From Trichomonas gallinae (Eukaryota), in NCBI GenBank assembly GCA_008369845.1, contig MRSU01000298.1, positions 1 to 32,380 of the forward strand: a stretch of DNA of 32,380 bases, read 5' to 3'. Numbering within the stretch: the first letter of the stretch is position 1; every line of letters starts with the position of its first letter. Positions 30,047 through 32,380 of this stretch are shown here, one piece after another. Below the pieces are notes generated by a model. The model ran no database searches. It worked only from the letters and a program-made list of their open reading frames with translations, and had not been told where the DNA came from. The translations under genes were made by a program, and so were the position numbers.

Positions 30047-30933
30047 TCACAAAAAACCTGTTTTTATGGCTTTATTAAGTATAACAAAAACAAATTTTTA
30101 ATTTTTGGATTTTTTTTTGCGAAAAAATCAACGATGAGTATCATTCGTCTTAAAAACCAGATTTTTGAAATCTACATCGAGTATATATGATATATTTGCG
30201 GAAAATTTTGTTGCAAATTTCTTTTTCTGATTTCGGTGGATTAATTACAGTTTTTGGATCATATTTCCATGTGGAATGGTCATAGAAAACTATATATAAT
30301 TGATATTGTCACTAATGATTGTTCTGTTATTTGTTTTGCTTGCGACTTGAAAAATTTCTCTTTTTTTTATGCATTTGACCTATGCAATACATAATTTTCC
30401 TCCAATATAGTCATTTTACAGAAGAGAACTTGGTCAATTCGTTTTATTCAAAATTTCTCCAAATTTATTCATGTTTTCAAGTTTAATTCCAATGCAAATT
30501 AGAATCACTTTGTTACAAATCCTTGTTTATGAATCTTAAATATAGTTATTTATATTCAATATTTAGGAGTTTTGATCAAAATGATATTTGTAGTCATAGA
30601 ATGAAAATATAACTTAGCTTTTTTGCACATAATTCAAATTCAAAGAGACAAAAGGTATTTTTATGGATTTGAATTTGAAAATATTGAATATTCGTTCCAT
30701 AGTTTTATCACTTCGTCAAACACATATGCTCATGTAGTGAATAATGATAATAAAGTATGAAGCGTTTGAACAGCTTTTTATCCAAATGATCGCTGCTTGG
30801 TTGTTTGGTTGGATTCTTGCTATAATTATGACATTATAGTTACTAAGTTAAACATTAAGAAATAAGTGATTTTTGAAAAATATTAACAAACAAAATTTAA
30901 TATAAAATAACAAACAAGAAAATACATAATATA

Positions 30934-32304
30934 TTAGTTATATAAGCCAATTCTGGCGAGAACCTGACTATGTGGCTTAGCTTTGTAAGAAAAGCCAAGG
31001 AATGCAAATGAAGCAAGTTGTGATAAGCAGGAAGAAGCTCTGAGCTCATCAGCGCTGACTTCATATGTGTCAAAGTGTTGTGTATCAAGTGGATCTGTGT
31101 TTTGTGGTCTCATTGGCGGATTATTTGCCATGTAGTTATTGAAGTCAAATCCTTTGAAGAATGGATGAGCAATGATCTCCTCGAATCCAATTCTGTCTTC
31201 TTTGTCGCATAATAATTTTCTGATTAAATCTAAGGCAACTGTTGGGATTCTCTGGTTCGCTGGGATCCTCAATGACTTCCTCCAGTGGACAATTCTCATT
31301 GCTGTCTCTTGCTTCGATTCACAGGCAAATGGAGTAAATCCGTAGAACATCTCATAAAGTATTACACCGAATGACCACCAGTCACTCTTATCGGATGTTT
31401 TTTCACCCATGATGACTTCTGGTGCAACATAATCAATTGTTCCTATAATAGAGTTTCTTTGGCGATGGCGCCTGTTGTTTGCTGTAGAAACAATGTTTGA
31501 ATTTTCAATGAACAAGTCCTGGTAGTTGTCAATAAGCTGGCCGTAATCGTTATCAGCCTTATTATAGGAAGAAGCAATGCCAAAATCAGTAAGCTTGATA
31601 TGTCCATCGTTATTGATTAAAATGTTGTCTGGCTTGACATCAGAGTGAACATATCCTAGTTGGTGGACGTAATGGAGGGCTAAAGCAATTTCCCCAGCGA
31701 AAAATTTGCAAACAGCTGGTGGGAATGAGTTTAGCTTGATTAAAGCGTTCATTAAGTCGCCACCCTGGACAAAGTCAAGAAGGAGGTATAAGTGATCCTG
31801 GTCTTGGAAAGATGAGTGTAAGTTAACAATCCAATTGTTATTGGCCTTTGTTAAGATGTTGCGCTCATTAATAACTGACTGAACTTGATCATTAAGGATA
31901 ACATCGGATTTGCGAATGATTTTTAATGCGTAGACTTGATTCTTTTTATCTGTTACTAACCAAACATCGGCGAATCCACCTCTACCAATCAATTTGATAT
32001 AGTTGAAGTTCTCTGGACGCAATTTTTGGCGTTGCAGACGTGTGTAGTTTGTTTCTTCTTCGTGATATTGATTTAAGATTGCATTGCGTTCTTCTTCCGT
32101 TAAATTCATTTGATCTAATGCTTTGTATAAGTTCGAAATATCTGATTTTCTTGTTTCAAATTGTTCGTTTTTCTTCATAAAGAAATTTTCTAAATATCTT
32201 TTAGACGCTTCAGCTTTCATAACTGTTTCACGAGAAGGCTCAAATGCATCTGTGCTTATTGGGCTGTTGATATTACTTCTCGCTGTACGTCTTACAATAC
32301 TCAT
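30934..32304 (-). CDS. AGC kinase, NDR/LATS family
   Basis: N-terminal MOB-binding-like segment (EETNYTRLQRQKL), GRGGFADV, HSDVKPDN, DFG, long activation-segment insert, SIIGTIDYVAPE, hydrophobic motif FLGFSY. Confidence 0.92.
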   Translation of the reverse strand: MSIVRRTARSNINSPISTDAFEPSRETVMKAEASKRYLENFFMKKNEQFETRKSDISNLYKALDQMNLTEEERNAILNQYHEEETNYTRLQRQKLRPENFNYIKLIGRGGFADVWLVTDKKNQVYALKIIRKSDVILNDQVQSVINERNILTKANNNWIVNLHSSFQDQDHLYLLLDFVQGGDLMNALIKLNSFPPAVCKFFAGEIALALHYVHQLGYVHSDVKPDNILINNDGHIKLTDFGIASSYNKADNDYGQLIDNYQDLFIENSNIVSTANNRRHRQRNSIIGTIDYVAPEVIMGEKTSDKSDWWSFGVILYEMFYGFTPFACESKQETAMRIVHWRKSLRIPANQRIPTVALDLIRKLLCDKEDRIGFEEIIAHPFFKGFDFNNYMANNPPMRPQNTDPLDTQHFDTYEVSADELRASSCLSQLASFAFLGFSYKAKPHSQVLARIGLYN

Positions 32305-32380
32305 TTAAGGGGGTAGGTTTGAATGGTTTACAAAATTTGAAAAAGTGCTTCATATCAGCCAGTCAGAGCGACGCCCATGG

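Noticed and set aside
540..32304. Variant genetic code (TAG reassignment) suggested by absence of TAG stops
   Set aside because: No conserved gene is interrupted by an in-frame TAG; TAA bias is expected in AT-rich trichomonad genes
653..32308. Numerous antisense and alternate-frame ORFs in the track (e.g. 653-994, 4767-5204, 7858-8187, 12677-13228, 28893-29594)
   Set aside because: They overlap well-supported genes, many start at non-ATG codons, and they lack motifs; shadow ORFs
1..32380. tRNA or rRNA genes
   Set aside because: No convincing cloverleaf, T-loop consensus in proper context, or rRNA-like segment seen

Overview
AT-rich, gene-dense eukaryotic DNA that is almost certainly from a trichomonad (Trichomonas vaginalis-like parabasalid). 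The evidence is near-absence of introns, Inr (TCA[C/T]T) and AAAGTGAC elements just upstream of ATGs, stop codons often in a TAAA context, a BspA surface protein, and one intron with the diagnostic trichomonad GTATGT...ACTAACACACAG signature. I call 21 protein-coding genes: RPA3, a CAMK/SNF1-like kinase, an ExoIII/APE1 endonuclease, three adjacent paralogues of an unrecognised family, a polytopic membrane protein, a UBA+SEP (p47-like) protein, TVP23, a histidine phosphatase, a bacterial-type M12B metalloprotease divergent from a BspA gene, an intron-split DYRK/HIPK/YAK kinase, two Cys-rich probable beta-helix proteins, a Tom36/Tom46-like Hsp20+Sel1 tail-anchored protein, a Rab, an alpha/beta hydrolase lacking its catalytic Ser, tepsin, an NDR kinase and one small hypothetical. 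Non-coding structure includes a 269-bp TTAA-flanked Kolobok-like MITE, a 111-bp degenerate tandem repeat, a 63-bp palindrome, a chain of hairpins and a recurrent TGTCATGTAA motif. The best candidate for an undescribed system is the three-paralogue cluster at 6249-9327, which shares upstream motifs and has membrane-interacting features. All family assignments are by-eye motif recognition; no searches were run.
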